Shown: piece after piece, positions 51,630 to 63,260 of the stretch
Layout: each line of letters begins with the position of its first letter
How positions within the stretch are numbered: position 1 is the first letter of the stretch
Assembly (NCBI GenBank): GCA_963777505.1
Contig: CAVZQN010000006.1
Coordinates: forward strand, 96,001-160,000
Source: an uncultured bacterium
Lineage (GTDB): Bacteria; Acidobacteriota; HRBIN11; JAKEFK01
Length of the DNA: 64,000 nucleotides
Direction of reading: 5' to 3'
Translations under genes and position numbers: made by a program
Notes under the pieces: generated by a model
The model's database searches: none
What the model was told of the DNA's origin: nothing
What the model saw: only the letters and a program-made list of their open reading frames with translations

Positions 51630-52225
51630 AGAGCCCGCTAATCACCATCATTATCGCGTTTATTTTCGCATTGACCTTTGTCGGATTTGTTGTTTCTGCC
51701 GAAGAAACGAAAGGTGAAGGAGAACATGCTACAGAGCATCACGAACAAACGTGGTTTCAAACGATAAGCCAGTGGTTAAATTTCTTGATACTCGCCGTTT
51801 TGCTGTATTTCTTCTTCACGCGATCGATTAAGATTCAGGATCGTTTTAAAAGCGACTATGAAAAAATTCAAACCTCAATTGAAAGTGCACGAATGGCGAA
51901 AGAGGAAGCGGAAAATAAGTTGAAGGAACTCGACCAGAAAATGGCACAGTTAAACGATGAGGTCGTTCGCATTAAAAATGAGGCTGCAACTCAAGCTGAA
52001 GAAGAACGGAAACAAATCCTGGAATCGGCCCAAAAAGAAGCAGAAAGAATTGTCGAGCAAGCACATCGCGAAATCGATTCGGAAGTCGAACTGGCTAAAA
52101 AGGAATTGCGAAAACAACTCGCAGATGAAGCCGTTAAAAGCAGCCGTGAAATTATAGAACGTGAAATGAATGAACAAGATTCAAAAAGATTAATGAACGA
52201 TTACATTGAAGGTTTCCGTAAATGA
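51626..52225 (+). CDS. atpF: ATP synthase F0 subunit b (His-rich N-terminal extension)
   Basis: LNFLIL TM, coiled coil; precedes delta. Confidence 0.88.
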   Translation: MKSPLITIIIAFIFALTFVGFVVSAEETKGEGEHATEHHEQTWFQTISQWLNFLILAVLLYFFFTRSIKIQDRFKSDYEKIQTSIESARMAKEEAENKLKELDQKMAQLNDEVVRIKNEAATQAEEERKQILESAQKEAERIVEQAHREIDSEVELAKKELRKQLADEAVKSSREIIEREMNEQDSKRLMNDYIEGFRK

Positions 52226-52776
52226 GTAATGAAGTTCTTGTTTCTGCAGTGGCGCGCCGGTATGCAAAAGCTTTTTTAGATGCAGCGATAAAGCAACGCA
52301 ATTTTACAATCGTGCTGGAAGAGCTGGAGATATTCGATAAACAGCTGCAGGCAGTACCGATACTGCGCGAAGTTTTTCTAAACCCTGCGGTTCCAGAGAA
52401 AAAACGGAATAAGGTTCTTGAAGAGATCGGAAAAAAAGCTACCATGCAGCAACTAACATTGAACCTTCTGCGAACGTTGATTCGCCGCGATCGTTTAAAA
52501 CTATTGCAACAAATCACCGTTTCAGCAGAGTATCAGTTTCTGGATCGGCAGGGGATTGTAGTTGTTGAAGTGATCACTGCCCGGCCACTGGAACCCGATG
52601 AAGAATCGCGGCTGGTTCAAAGTCTTGAGAAATTTACCGGCAAAAAAGTGCAAATCGACAATCATATAGACAAAACATTAATTGGTGGCGCAATCACACG
52701 CATCGGCACAACGATGTATGACGGAAGCATCATCGCGCAACTGGATCAATTGAAAGCAAAAATCGTACAGTCCTGA
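52222..52776 (+). CDS. atpH: ATP synthase F1 subunit delta
   Basis: VARRYAKA, NP, LIGG, YDGS. Confidence 0.95.
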   Translation: MSNEVLVSAVARRYAKAFLDAAIKQRNFTIVLEELEIFDKQLQAVPILREVFLNPAVPEKKRNKVLEEIGKKATMQQLTLNLLRTLIRRDRLKLLQQITVSAEYQFLDRQGIVVVEVITARPLEPDEESRLVQSLEKFTGKKVQIDNHIDKTLIGGAITRIGTTMYDGSIIAQLDQLKAKIVQS

Positions 52777-52791
52777 TCGAGGAGGATCATT

Positions 52792-54315
52792 ATGGCAACT
52801 ACAATTCGCCCGGAAGAGATTACATCCATTATTCAGCAAGAGATTGAGGGCTATGAATCTGTTCTGGATGTAAAAGAAATTGGGACTGTGCTTTCAGTTG
52901 GTGACGGAGTTGCACGTATTCATGGCTTGGAAAAGGTCATGTATGGCGAGTTGATTGATTTTCCTCATGGAGTAGTCGGCCTCGCGCTGAACCTTGAAGA
53001 AGATAACGTAGGCGCCGCGTTACTCGGTGATGTTTCTAAGATCAAAAGCGGCGATCAGGTAAAACGTACAACCAGAATCATGGCTGTGCCTGTAGGACCA
53101 GAACTTGTAGGCAGAGTTGTGAACTCAATCGGACAACCTATTGATGGCAAAGGTCCGATCAATACCAAGCAAACACTACCATTGGAAAGAATTGCACCGG
53201 GAATCGTAGATCGGCAGCCGGTTCGTGAACCGTTACAGACTGGAATTAAGGCAATTGATGCAATGATTCCAATCGGCCGTGGCCAGCGCGAGTTGATTAT
53301 TGGCGATCGACAAACAGGCAAAACTGCAGTTGCGCTTGATACTATCATCAATCAAAAAGACAGCGGCGTCATTTGCATTTACGTTGCTATCGGACAGAAG
53401 AATTCAACCATTGCACAGGTTGTAAAAACACTTGCAGAGAATGATGCGATGCGTTACACCATTGTTGTTGCCGCACCTGCAAGCGATCCTGCACCGATGC
53501 TCTATCTTGCTCCCTATGCCGGCTGCGCAATGGGCGAATACTTCCGTGATAACAAGCAGCATGCCCTAACAATTTATGATGATCTTTCAAAGCATGCCGC
53601 TGCATATCGTGAGATTTCGCTTGTACTTCGCCGCCCACCCGGACGCGAAGCATACCCTGGTGATGTCTTCTTTTTACATTCCCGTTTGTTAGAACGTGCT
53701 GCAAAAATGAGCGATGATCGAGGTGCCGGCTCGCTGACTTCGCTTCCGATCATTGAAACTCAAGCCGGCGATATTTCCGCATACATTCCAACGAACGTCA
53801 TTTCAATTACAGATGGACAAATTTATCTTGAATCCGACCTTTTTTATTCAGGCATTCGACCCGCCATAAACGTCGGAAATTCAGTCTCTCGCGTTGGCGG
53901 TGCTGCTCAAATTAAAGCCATGAAACAAAGCGCAGGCATGCTGCGGCTTGACCTCGCACAATATCGCGAACTTGCTGCATTTTCCCAGTTCGGCTCAGAT
54001 CTTGATGCTGCAACTCAACGACAGCTTTCACGCGGCGCACGTTTGACTGAAATCCTGAAACAGGATCAGTACAAACCTCTTCCTGTTGAAAAACAGGTTT
54101 TGATCATCTACGCAGCGACCAATGGTTACCTGGATGATCTTCCGGTCAACGCTGGCCGTAAGTTTGAGGAAGAACTTTACAAGTTCCTTGATACTCAGCG
54201 CCCTCAAGTTCTGAAAATGCTCAACCAAAAAGCGCAGGTTGACGATGAAATGCGGAAAACTTTGGATGAAGCGCTTTCTGATTTCAAAGCGCGATTTGGT
54301 GAAGATAAGAAATAA
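52792..54315 (+). CDS. atpA: ATP synthase F1 subunit alpha
   Basis: [29 protein letters not shown]. Confidence 0.98.
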   Translation: MATTIRPEEITSIIQQEIEGYESVLDVKEIGTVLSVGDGVARIHGLEKVMYGELIDFPHGVVGLALNLEEDNVGAALLGDVSKIKSGDQVKRTTRIMAVPVGPELVGRVVNSIGQPIDGKGPINTKQTLPLERIAPGIVDRQPVREPLQTGIKAIDAMIPIGRGQRELIIGDRQTGKTAVALDTIINQKDSGVICIYVAIGQKNSTIAQVVKTLAENDAMRYTIVVAAPASDPAPMLYLAPYAGCAMGEYFRDNKQHALTIYDDLSKHAAAYREISLVLRRPPGREAYPGDVFFLHSRLLERAAKMSDDRGAGSLTSLPIIETQAGDISAYIPTNVISITDGQIYLESDLFYSGIRPAINVGNSVSRVGGAAQIKAMKQSAGMLRLDLAQYRELAAFSQFGSDLDAATQRQLSRGARLTEILKQDQYKPLPVEKQVLIIYAATNGYLDDLPVNAGRKFEEELYKFLDTQRPQVLKMLNQKAQVDDEMRKTLDEALSDFKARFGEDKK

Positions 54316-54317
54316 AT

Positions 54318-55175
54318 ATGGCAACACTGATTGATCTTCGTAGAAGAATTCGCAGCGTAAAGAATACGCAACAAATTACGAAAGCCATGAAAATGGTATC
54401 TGCCGCTAAACTCCGTCGCGCACAGGACCGCATGTTTGCTTCACGCCCGTATGCGGCGAAATTGCTGGAAGTACTTTCAAGTCTGGCGACTCGCGCAAAT
54501 CCGGAGAACCATCCGCTACTAAAAGAAAAAGGGGACCAGAATGTTGAGTTGATGCTGGTTACAGCCGATCGTGGACTGTGCGGCTCTTTTAATGCGAACT
54601 TAATTAAAGCAGCCTTACATTTTCTCGATCAACGCAAAAATTACAACCTCAGCCTTCACCTTGCTGGACGTAAAGGCGTGGATTATTTCAAGAAGCGCAA
54701 ATATATCATCACACACCAATACACAAATATTTTTAAACAGGTTCGTTTTGAACATGCAAAAGAGATTTCGGAAAAAACAATTCGCGCATACACCGAAGGA
54801 CATTTAGACGCGATCTATATTGTTTATAACGAATTCAAGACGACTCTTTCGCAGAGAGTCGTTGTTCGAAGATTGCTTCCGTTAGAACGATTGCCGGAAC
54901 CGAGTTCTGAACAAACTCTGGATTACATTTATGAACCCGATCCTGAAACGATCTTCGATCGGTTGCTTCCGCACTATTTAGAATTCGAAATTTTTCAGGC
55001 TTTGCTGGAATCCTCTGCAGCAGAGCATGCAGCCCGAATGGCTTCAATGGATTCGGCCACCAAGAATGCAAAGGACATGATTGAATCATTGACCCTAACG
55101 ATGAACAAGATACGTCAGGCAGCAATCACAAAAGAAATTATTGAAGTTGTCAGCGGGGCAGAAGGCCTCGGTTAA
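54318..55175 (+). CDS. atpG: ATP synthase F1 subunit gamma
   Basis: ITKAMKMVSAAK, DRGLCG, RQAAITKEIIEV. Confidence 0.98.
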   Translation: MATLIDLRRRIRSVKNTQQITKAMKMVSAAKLRRAQDRMFASRPYAAKLLEVLSSLATRANPENHPLLKEKGDQNVELMLVTADRGLCGSFNANLIKAALHFLDQRKNYNLSLHLAGRKGVDYFKKRKYIITHQYTNIFKQVRFEHAKEISEKTIRAYTEGHLDAIYIVYNEFKTTLSQRVVVRRLLPLERLPEPSSEQTLDYIYEPDPETIFDRLLPHYLEFEIFQALLESSAAEHAARMASMDSATKNAKDMIESLTLTMNKIRQAAITKEIIEVVSGAEGLG

Positions 55176-56662
<1,487 letters not shown>

Positions 56663-56664
56663 GA

Positions 56665-57084
56665 ATGGCCGCTCCTACACTTCCTACCAAAATTAAGTTG
56701 GAGATCGTAACTCCCGAACGGCTGCTTTTGTCGGAAGAAGTCGATGAAGTTACAATTCCCGGTTCGGAAGGTTATTTGGGAATACTTCCAGGACATCTTC
56801 CTTTGCTTACAACAATCGGAACCGGTGTTTTAAGTTATCGTAAGGGAAACCAGAAAACGTCTCTGGCGGCAAGTGGTGGATTTGCCGAAGTGCTTCCTGA
56901 TCGCGTCATTATCATGGCCGATAGCGTGGAACGTGCCGATGAGATCGATGTCTCTAGAGCCAGAGCGGCAAAGGAAAAAGCTGAGCGACAACTTGCAAGC
57001 AAAGAAGATGTGAATGTTGAGGAAACAATGGCATCCATGATGCGTGCTTTATCGCGGATTGAAGTTGCCGAATCCTCCAAGTGA
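56665..57084 (+). CDS. atpC: ATP synthase F1 subunit epsilon
   Basis: LEIVTPE, GILPGH, SGGFAEV, EIDVSRA. Confidence 0.96.
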   Translation: MAAPTLPTKIKLEIVTPERLLLSEEVDEVTIPGSEGYLGILPGHLPLLTTIGTGVLSYRKGNQKTSLAASGGFAEVLPDRVIIMADSVERADEIDVSRARAAKEKAERQLASKEDVNVEETMASMMRALSRIEVAESSK

Positions 57085-57085
57085 T

Positions 57086-57105
57086 CTCAGTGTCTTTGCG
57101 GTAAA
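57086..57105 (+). repeat. Family-A dispersed repeat (CTCAGTGTCTTTGCGGTAAA)
   Basis: Directly after the atpC stop. Confidence 0.6.
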
Positions 57106-57111
57106 AAAACC

Positions 57112-58122
57112 ATGTTACGCAACTTAATGCATCGTTGGGAAATCAGACTTTCTAAAGTTGATACGAATCGTGTCACTCTTCCCTTTGAATGGGGACTTGA
57201 GTATTTGAATCACGGCTCTTATCAGGACCGGGAGCCATTAAGTGAATTTCTGCGTTTCAACAAAACCTCCATTGAACGCAGCGATGAATTCTTCAATCCT
57301 GGAGCAACACCTGAATTTCATGAAACTGAAAATCGACTGACATTTCAAAGCTCAATTCAAAGTCCGTTTGCCGAAAACAACACGGCAGCTTGCACAATTT
57401 TTCGTCCAGCAAAACCGAATGGCGCGGCAGTTATTGTAGTTCCACAATGGAATGCTTCAGAAGAGAGTCATATCGCATTATCCAGAATGATTTCACGTTT
57501 TGGCTTCACGACATTGCGATTAACTCTTCCCTATCATGAAGAACGGAATCCAATGAAGCCTCGTGCCGATTATTTTGTGAGTCCTAATCTGGGAAGGACA
57601 ATTCAAGCGATGCAGCAATCCGTACATGATGTGCGGCAAGCTGCTGATTGGCTGCAGCAGCAAGGATTTCAACGTCTTGGCATTATGGGAAGCAGTATCG
57701 GTTCTTGTATCGCCTTTTTAACATTCTTACACGATGAACGATTCCAAACAGGTGTCTTTAACCATGTGTCAAGTTTCTTTGGCAAAGTTGTCTGGAACGG
57801 AATCAGTACGAAACATGTGAAATCCGGATTAGAGACGAATATTCGCGAAGAGGAACTTCATGAAGTTTGGTCGATATTAAGCCCGAATGTTCATGTAGGA
57901 AGAAAAAGAATTGCGAATCCAGGGAAACGGTTTTTTATATCTGCATTGTATGATCTAACATTTCCAAGAGATCTGGCCGAACTCCTTTTTAAGGAACATG
58001 ATAAATATGATGTGCCGTATGAAATGGCCTCACTTCCATGCGGACATTATTCAAGCGCTCACTGGCCATTTAAATATTTAGATGGCTACTTAATCACCAA
58101 CTACCTCCGTAAAAATTTGTAA
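57112..58122 (+). CDS. Alpha/beta hydrolase (ABHD18-like)
   Basis: Nucleophile elbow GSSIG, YD, CGHY; LPYH..R motif. Confidence 0.78.
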   Translation: MLRNLMHRWEIRLSKVDTNRVTLPFEWGLEYLNHGSYQDREPLSEFLRFNKTSIERSDEFFNPGATPEFHETENRLTFQSSIQSPFAENNTAACTIFRPAKPNGAAVIVVPQWNASEESHIALSRMISRFGFTTLRLTLPYHEERNPMKPRADYFVSPNLGRTIQAMQQSVHDVRQAADWLQQQGFQRLGIMGSSIGSCIAFLTFLHDERFQTGVFNHVSSFFGKVVWNGISTKHVKSGLETNIREEELHEVWSILSPNVHVGRKRIANPGKRFFISALYDLTFPRDLAELLFKEHDKYDVPYEMASLPCGHYSSAHWPFKYLDGYLITNYLRKNL

Positions 58123-58123
58123 C

Positions 58124-58143
58124 TTCTGAGTCTCTGTGGTAAA
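58124..58143 (+). repeat. Family-A dispersed repeat (TTCTGAGTCTCTGTGGTAAA)
   Basis: Directly after the hydrolase stop. Confidence 0.6.
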
Positions 58144-58149
58144 CCTTAA

Positions 58150-58174
58150 GGCCGACAAGATGCCGGGCGTTACA
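58150..58174 (-). repeat. REP-like hairpin (TGTAACGCCCGGCATCTTGTCGGCC)
   Basis: GTAR tetranucleotide followed by the GC-rich stem CCGGCA/TGTCGG; between convergent genes. Confidence 0.45.
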
Positions 58175-58182
58175 AACCGCTA

Positions 58183-58881
58183 TCAGACTTGTTTCTTCAC
58201 TTCGGTGCCGATGAAACCTGAGCTCAAATCGATCACAGCATGCAATAAAATCGGGCCTGCTAAAGATCCGGACCACAAGTAGAGTCCTACCATCACGATC
58301 GACATCAGTGTTGTTTTAACAATGCCTTCCTTTCCTTGATATGCATGGGCAAGTCCGAAGATCAATATTGAAACTATAGCTGCCGCAAGCCAGGGCATAT
58401 ATGCACTGGTATACCACAACAAAAAACCACGATAGAGTAATTCTTCGCAAAAACCTGCAGTGAGTGCGCAAGCGAAAAACAATCTTCGTTCCGATTCTGA
58501 TTCCGGGATCAACTCAGCGACAGGTTCGATTTGTTTTTTCAGCGAATCAGGGATTGCTCCTTTCAAATTCCGTACATCAATCCATTGCTTTATGAAGAAA
58601 ATGCAGCCCAGCAACGCGAATACCATACTGGACGCAGTACGGAAGTTCAAAGGAAAACTGAAGCCGAGGTCGGTGAATGTTCTTCCGCGGTACCACCACA
58701 AGAAAGCCAATACGACAGCGAGAGACCACTCAAGCACAAGCGTTTGGATGTACGCATTTCTTAATGCGAAGGTTTTTTTGTGAGCAAGCTCTTTTCGAAA
58801 TGCTTTCCAGGAATAAGAAGAATACACCGGAATAACAATCGTAATTAGAACGATAAGAAGATGATCGGCGATTGAAGGCAT
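58183..58881 (-). CDS. CPBP (CAAX/Abi) family intramembrane metalloprotease
   Basis: EELLYRG, FGLAHAYQG, LHAVID. Confidence 0.92.
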   Translation of the reverse strand: MPSIADHLLIVLITIVIPVYSSYSWKAFRKELAHKKTFALRNAYIQTLVLEWSLAVVLAFLWWYRGRTFTDLGFSFPLNFRTASSMVFALLGCIFFIKQWIDVRNLKGAIPDSLKKQIEPVAELIPESESERRLFFACALTAGFCEELLYRGFLLWYTSAYMPWLAAAIVSILIFGLAHAYQGKEGIVKTTLMSIVMVGLYLWSGSLAGPILLHAVIDLSSGFIGTEVKKQV

Positions 58882-58884
58882 TGC

Positions 58885-59448
58885 TCAGGTTGAAATGCGG
58901 CAAGGTGTCAGTACGATCGTGAGTGCGAAAAGCTTACCTTCCGAACTACGCCCTTTTTTGCGAAGAATTTGCTCAATCTTTTGAATGTGTTTGTTCACTG
59001 ATCGCAATGTATTTGGCAAGCATCGTCCCTTTAATCGAACGGCATACACTTCGCGGTCCTGTCCATTTTGTTTTGCCCCTGATGAAAGAGCCTCAGAAAC
59101 TTCTCGCGAAGTGACATGAAAAACCGAATCAAGCGATCTTTTTGCCGCCAGGACAGCAGCAGGGGATTTTCGATCTGGATCCAGAAAAATTTTCTGAGAA
59201 GTAAGACTGTAAACTGCCTCCTTCTTTTTCTTTCCCTCTCTGACTGCACGTACGATCCCCGGCTGGATCAATGTTTTCATGTGATGATACAAAGAATGTG
59301 GCGTTCTTCCCAGTCTTTTGGCCAGCTCTGCAATTGTGGCTGGTCCTGCATCATCGAGTGAGGAAATGATTTCCATGCGATGAGCCGAAGTTAATGCCTT
59401 AAAGTACCTTGGGTTGCGAATGATCAAAAGTTTCTTCTCGGTTCCCAT
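58885..59448 (-). CDS. ArsR-like winged-helix transcriptional regulator
   Basis: ALTSAHRMEII, TIAELAKRLG, YHHMKTL..GIV. Confidence 0.85.
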   Translation of the reverse strand: MGTEKKLLIIRNPRYFKALTSAHRMEIISSLDDAGPATIAELAKRLGRTPHSLYHHMKTLIQPGIVRAVREGKKKKEAVYSLTSQKIFLDPDRKSPAAVLAAKRSLDSVFHVTSREVSEALSSGAKQNGQDREVYAVRLKGRCLPNTLRSVNKHIQKIEQILRKKGRSSEGKLFALTIVLTPCRIST

Positions 59449-59465
59449 ATTTAGAAATAAATCAA

Positions 59466-59497
59466 ATTATTAAAATTTTGTCAAATTTTTTAATAAT
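59466..59497. promoter_or_regulatory. Inverted repeat operator enclosing a -35 box
   Basis: ATTATTAAAA-12nt-TTTTAATAAT with minus-strand TTGACA (59479-84) in the centre, upstream of the ArsR-like gene. Confidence 0.55.
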
Positions 59498-59616
59498 CTC
59501 AAGGTATTGTCCGGATCTATGGGATCGTATTTCCTGAAACGGGTAGGTGAAAGCAACATTTCATTGAATTGGCCGACCTTATACAATAGACACTGACGCT
59601 CACGCTCCTATTTGAT

Positions 59617-62181
59617 ATGGCTAAATCGAAGAAGGATCCGTATCTCGGTTCGCGGATCCGTGAATACGAAATTTTGGAGTCGATCGGGCGGGGAGGAATG
59701 GGCGCGGTCTATCGAGCCCGTCATGTTTATCTCGACACTGAGCGGGCAATAAAAGTTGTTCATCGCAGCCTTACGGAAAGCAAAGATTTTGTCCAACGAT
59801 TTATCCGGGAGGCGAAAGTCCTCAGCCAGCTGAATCACCCCAATGTAGTTGAACTCTATGACTTCGGAATGCTGGATGAAACCACGTTTTTCATGGTCAT
59901 GGAACTGATCAATGGCGAAACAGTCATTGAACGGATTCAAAAACGAACACGTCTTCCTGCTGAAGATTCAATCCGGATCATTCGTGAAGCTGCATTAGGT
60001 TTAAGCAGTGCTCACAGTAAAGGAATTATTCACAGAGATATTTCACCCGACAATCTAATCCTTGTTCGGGATGCCAATGGTATTGAAGTTACGAAAGTTG
60101 TTGATTTCGGAATTGCAAAACCATTGCATGAAGATACCGGACGTTTCACGATGACAAACTTTTTCATCGGAAAGCCGGAATATTCAAGTCCTGAGCAATG
60201 TGGAACACTGAAAGACGGTGAAAATTTAGATCAACGATCAGATATTTATTCACTTGGTGTCACGTTTTATCAAATGCTAACTGGCCGCTTACCATTCGTT
60301 GCATCGACACCTCAAGGTTATTTGCTGAAACATGCCCATGAACCTCCGCAGTCTCCTTCTTCTTACCTTTCTTATGGAGAAATTGCGCCGTCTCTAGATC
60401 AAATTGTGATGAAGGCTCTGAGCAAAAATCGAGAAGACCGTCATCGGAGCCTTGAAGCGTTCGTTGAAGAACTGGACAACATTTCATTTACTGAAGGTCC
60501 GACAATGACATCACTTGATCAGAAACAAATCATTGCACAGCGTCAAAAACCGAAGGATGAAACTGTACGAGCCGACCGTGACTCATTAATGCCGCCATTT
60601 AATTTCACAACGCAGGATCTTGCGGAAATTAATGCGCCAACAGAACGCGTTCCAACTCAGTCGCCAGATGAGGAATATGCTGCAACGGCTCCATTGCCAA
60701 AGGCTTCCCGATTGAAGTCCAAATCGACTGGAGTTGCGCCTGCGATTTTAGTGAGTGCTTTACTTTTTTGTTTGATCGCAGGCGGGGGTTTTTTTCTTTA
60801 CAAACAGTTATCCGGAAAGGACTCCAAGATCTCCCAAAAGGACTCGAAGATTCCCGAAAAAGACTTGAAAATTCAGAACGATGAGATCCTTGTTGCGGCT
60901 GAACAGGCTTTACAATCAGGAAACGATGTTAGAGCTGAAGAATTATTGAGGCAGGCTGAATTAGAAAAACAGCCGGGGCAGGAAGATCGTTTAACTCGTG
61001 TTCGTGAAGGGATTGCTGCTTTAAGGAAACAACGGCAACTGGAAGAAGGATCAATCCTGCTGAAAGCAGCAAAGGAAAAGATAGCTGCCGGAAACCTGAA
61101 AGAAGCTTCAGCAGACATTGCTAAACTGAAAAGTTTAAACATGCCTGAACTTCAAACGGAAATTGAATCAGCCAATTTAGAAATAGAAAAGCGTCAAAAA
61201 GAGTTATCTTCGCAAAAAAAAGCGAACGAAATGTTCGACGATATCCAAAAAGCACTTGAAACAGGAAACATAGAACAATCTGAATCGAAGTTAAAAGATT
61301 TTCAATCAGGCAAATTTCCCGGCTTTGAAAAACAAAAAGCGCTTGTCGAAAAACAAATTGCAGAAGCTAAAAGGCAGGCAAGTCTTGAAAAGGGGAATCA
61401 ACTTCTGGATGAAGCGGAAAATTTTCTTCAGCGGCAAAGGCCCGATCAGGCCGCAGAGCGGATTGAAAGCGCGCGAGAACTGCAGATAGCTTCATTAAAT
61501 TCACGGATCGATTCACTCTCCGCGCGTCTAAATTCTTTGCAAAAGTCCAACGACGAAATCCGGCTCAAAGCGCAAAGCTTGTTAAGCAGCGCACGTTTGT
61601 TAATTCAGGTAGGACAATTCGCACAGGCTCAGGAATGGATTACTCAAGCTCGTTCTCTGAATGTTCCGGAGCTCCAGCCGGAGATCGAATCGTTAAGCAA
61701 ACAACTCAAAGCATCACAGCTGCGTACAACTTCAATTGGCGGCATTGAGGCAACTGAAGATGCGATAAAACGCGGGGACTGGATTGAAGCGGAAAAAATA
61801 TTGAAGAGTGTTCGAAATAAACCACCGGCAGGATCGGCCGCTCGTATCGATGAATTGAACCGTCAGATTCTTTCTTTGCGTCCGTATGTTGGATTCGGGG
61901 TTCGCAAGAAGTGGGAACAAGCTGATCGTGCCAGGCACGGTGTTGATTTCGGAGCGGTTGTTGCCAAAATTGATCGAGGTTCACCCGCGGAGCAAGCCGG
62001 ATTAAGAACGGGAGATGTGATCGTAGAATACAACGGCACTGTTCTTGTGAATGACTCTCAGCTTCCCTGGTTAGGCGCGTATTCTAAGCCTGGCAGTGAG
62101 TTAATTCTAAAGATAATTCGCACAGGACAACCACTGACAATTCGGATTCGAGTTATTTCGATGCTTGCGTCGCAGGGTTAA
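59617..62181 (+). CDS. Transmembrane Ser/Thr protein kinase with helical repeats and a C-terminal PDZ domain
   Basis: GRGGMG, AIK, HRDISPDN, DFG, GKPEYSSPEQ; TM ILVSALLFCLIAGGGFFL; PDZ YVGF..GSPAEQAGLRTGDVI. Confidence 0.9.
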   Translation: MAKSKKDPYLGSRIREYEILESIGRGGMGAVYRARHVYLDTERAIKVVHRSLTESKDFVQRFIREAKVLSQLNHPNVVELYDFGMLDETTFFMVMELINGETVIERIQKRTRLPAEDSIRIIREAALGLSSAHSKGIIHRDISPDNLILVRDANGIEVTKVVDFGIAKPLHEDTGRFTMTNFFIGKPEYSSPEQCGTLKDGENLDQRSDIYSLGVTFYQMLTGRLPFVASTPQGYLLKHAHEPPQSPSSYLSYGEIAPSLDQIVMKALSKNREDRHRSLEAFVEELDNISFTEGPTMTSLDQKQIIAQRQKPKDETVRADRDSLMPPFNFTTQDLAEINAPTERVPTQSPDEEYAATAPLPKASRLKSKSTGVAPAILVSALLFCLIAGGGFFLYKQLSGKDSKISQKDSKIPEKDLKIQNDEILVAAEQALQSGNDVRAEELLRQAELEKQPGQEDRLTRVREGIAALRKQRQLEEGSILLKAAKEKIAAGNLKEASADIAKLKSLNMPELQTEIESANLEIEKRQKELSSQKKANEMFDDIQKALETGNIEQSESKLKDFQSGKFPGFEKQKALVEKQIAEAKRQASLEKGNQLLDEAENFLQRQRPDQAAERIESARELQIASLNSRIDSLSARLNSLQKSNDEIRLKAQSLLSSARLLIQVGQFAQAQEWITQARSLNVPELQPEIESLSKQLKASQLRTTSIGGIEATEDAIKRGDWIEAEKILKSVRNKPPAGSAARIDELNRQILSLRPYVGFGVRKKWEQADRARHGVDFGAVVAKIDRGSPAEQAGLRTGDVIVEYNGTVLVNDSQLPWLGAYSKPGSELILKIIRTGQPLTIRIRVISMLASQG

Positions 62182-63215
62182 TCCTTCTTCTTTTCCAGCT
62201 TTTTCTCAAGCTCTGCGATCTTTGCCTGAAGATTTTGAAGGTCACGAAGCATATCGGGAAGGCGTCCGAAAACGGCACTTGATTTTAACCACGAACGGTT
62301 GTCGATTGCTGGATAACCGGAAATTAAGCTATCTTCTTTTACTGAATTTGGAATTCCTGTTTGTGCTGTTGCGACAGTGTTATCTCCAATTTCAAGATGT
62401 CCGGCAACACCTACCTGGCCTGATAAAATAACATTTTTTCCAATTGTCGTTGTTCCCGCCAATCCAACCTGCGCGCATAAAATGGAATTTTCGCCAATAT
62501 CCGAAGCGTGCCCTATCTGCACAAGATTATCGATTTTGACGCCTTTTCGAAGTCGCGTTTCACCGATGGCCGGCCGATCGATGCAAGAGTTTGCACCGAC
62601 TTCAACGTCATCTTCAATGACAATCTTTCCAGTTTGAATGATCTTGTAATGCTGGCCATCTTTCTGTTTCGCAAATCCGAAACCTTCACTTCCAATGACT
62701 GCGCCATTCTTAACGTAAACCCGATTTCCGATCTCCACATCTTCGCGAATTGATGTATGCGAATGAATCACGCAGCTTGTTCCGATTTTAGCTCCACGCG
62801 AAATTGTGACATGAGGGAATATGTAGCAGTTATCGCCAATGACAACATCTTCATCAATACAAGCAAACGGCCCGATATAAACATTTGTTCCGATTTTTGC
62901 AGACTTCGCGATCCGTGCATCAGCCGAAATCGCGAGTATTGGACGATAAGGCGTGTAAAAAAGCTCGAGGGCTTTGGCATACGTAAGATAAGGGTTTTCA
63001 TGACGCAATACATTCCGGCCATTCACTTCCGTTTTATAGTCCGCAATGACTGCTCCTGCCTTACTTTCTTTCAGTCGTGAAACGTATTTGCGGTTTGCGA
63101 TAAAAGTTAACATTCTGGGAGTGGCTGTTTCAATCCGGTCCACACCGAGGATTTCAAAATTGGGATCGCCTTCTAACTTGCACTTCAAGATCTGGGCAAT
63201 TTCATTCAATCGCAT
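62178..63215 (-). CDS. lpxD: UDP-3-O-(3-hydroxyacyl)glucosamine N-acyltransferase
   Basis: LTF, NPY, hexapeptide repeats, GSEGFGF, IDR, KIDNLVQIGH. Confidence 0.96.
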   Translation of the reverse strand: MRLNEIAQILKCKLEGDPNFEILGVDRIETATPRMLTFIANRKYVSRLKESKAGAVIADYKTEVNGRNVLRHENPYLTYAKALELFYTPYRPILAISADARIAKSAKIGTNVYIGPFACIDEDVVIGDNCYIFPHVTISRGAKIGTSCVIHSHTSIREDVEIGNRVYVKNGAVIGSEGFGFAKQKDGQHYKIIQTGKIVIEDDVEVGANSCIDRPAIGETRLRKGVKIDNLVQIGHASDIGENSILCAQVGLAGTTTIGKNVILSGQVGVAGHLEIGDNTVATAQTGIPNSVKEDSLISGYPAIDNRSWLKSSAVFGRLPDMLRDLQNLQAKIAELEKKLEKKKD

Positions 63216-63225
63216 GATACATTTA

Positions 63226-63246
63226 TTTCACCACAAAGACACAAAG
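63226..63246 (-). repeat. Family-A dispersed repeat (minus strand CTTTGTGTCTTTGTGGTGAAA)
   Basis: In the ptsI-lpxD gap. Confidence 0.6.
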
Positions 63247-63260
63247 TACACTAGTGATCA

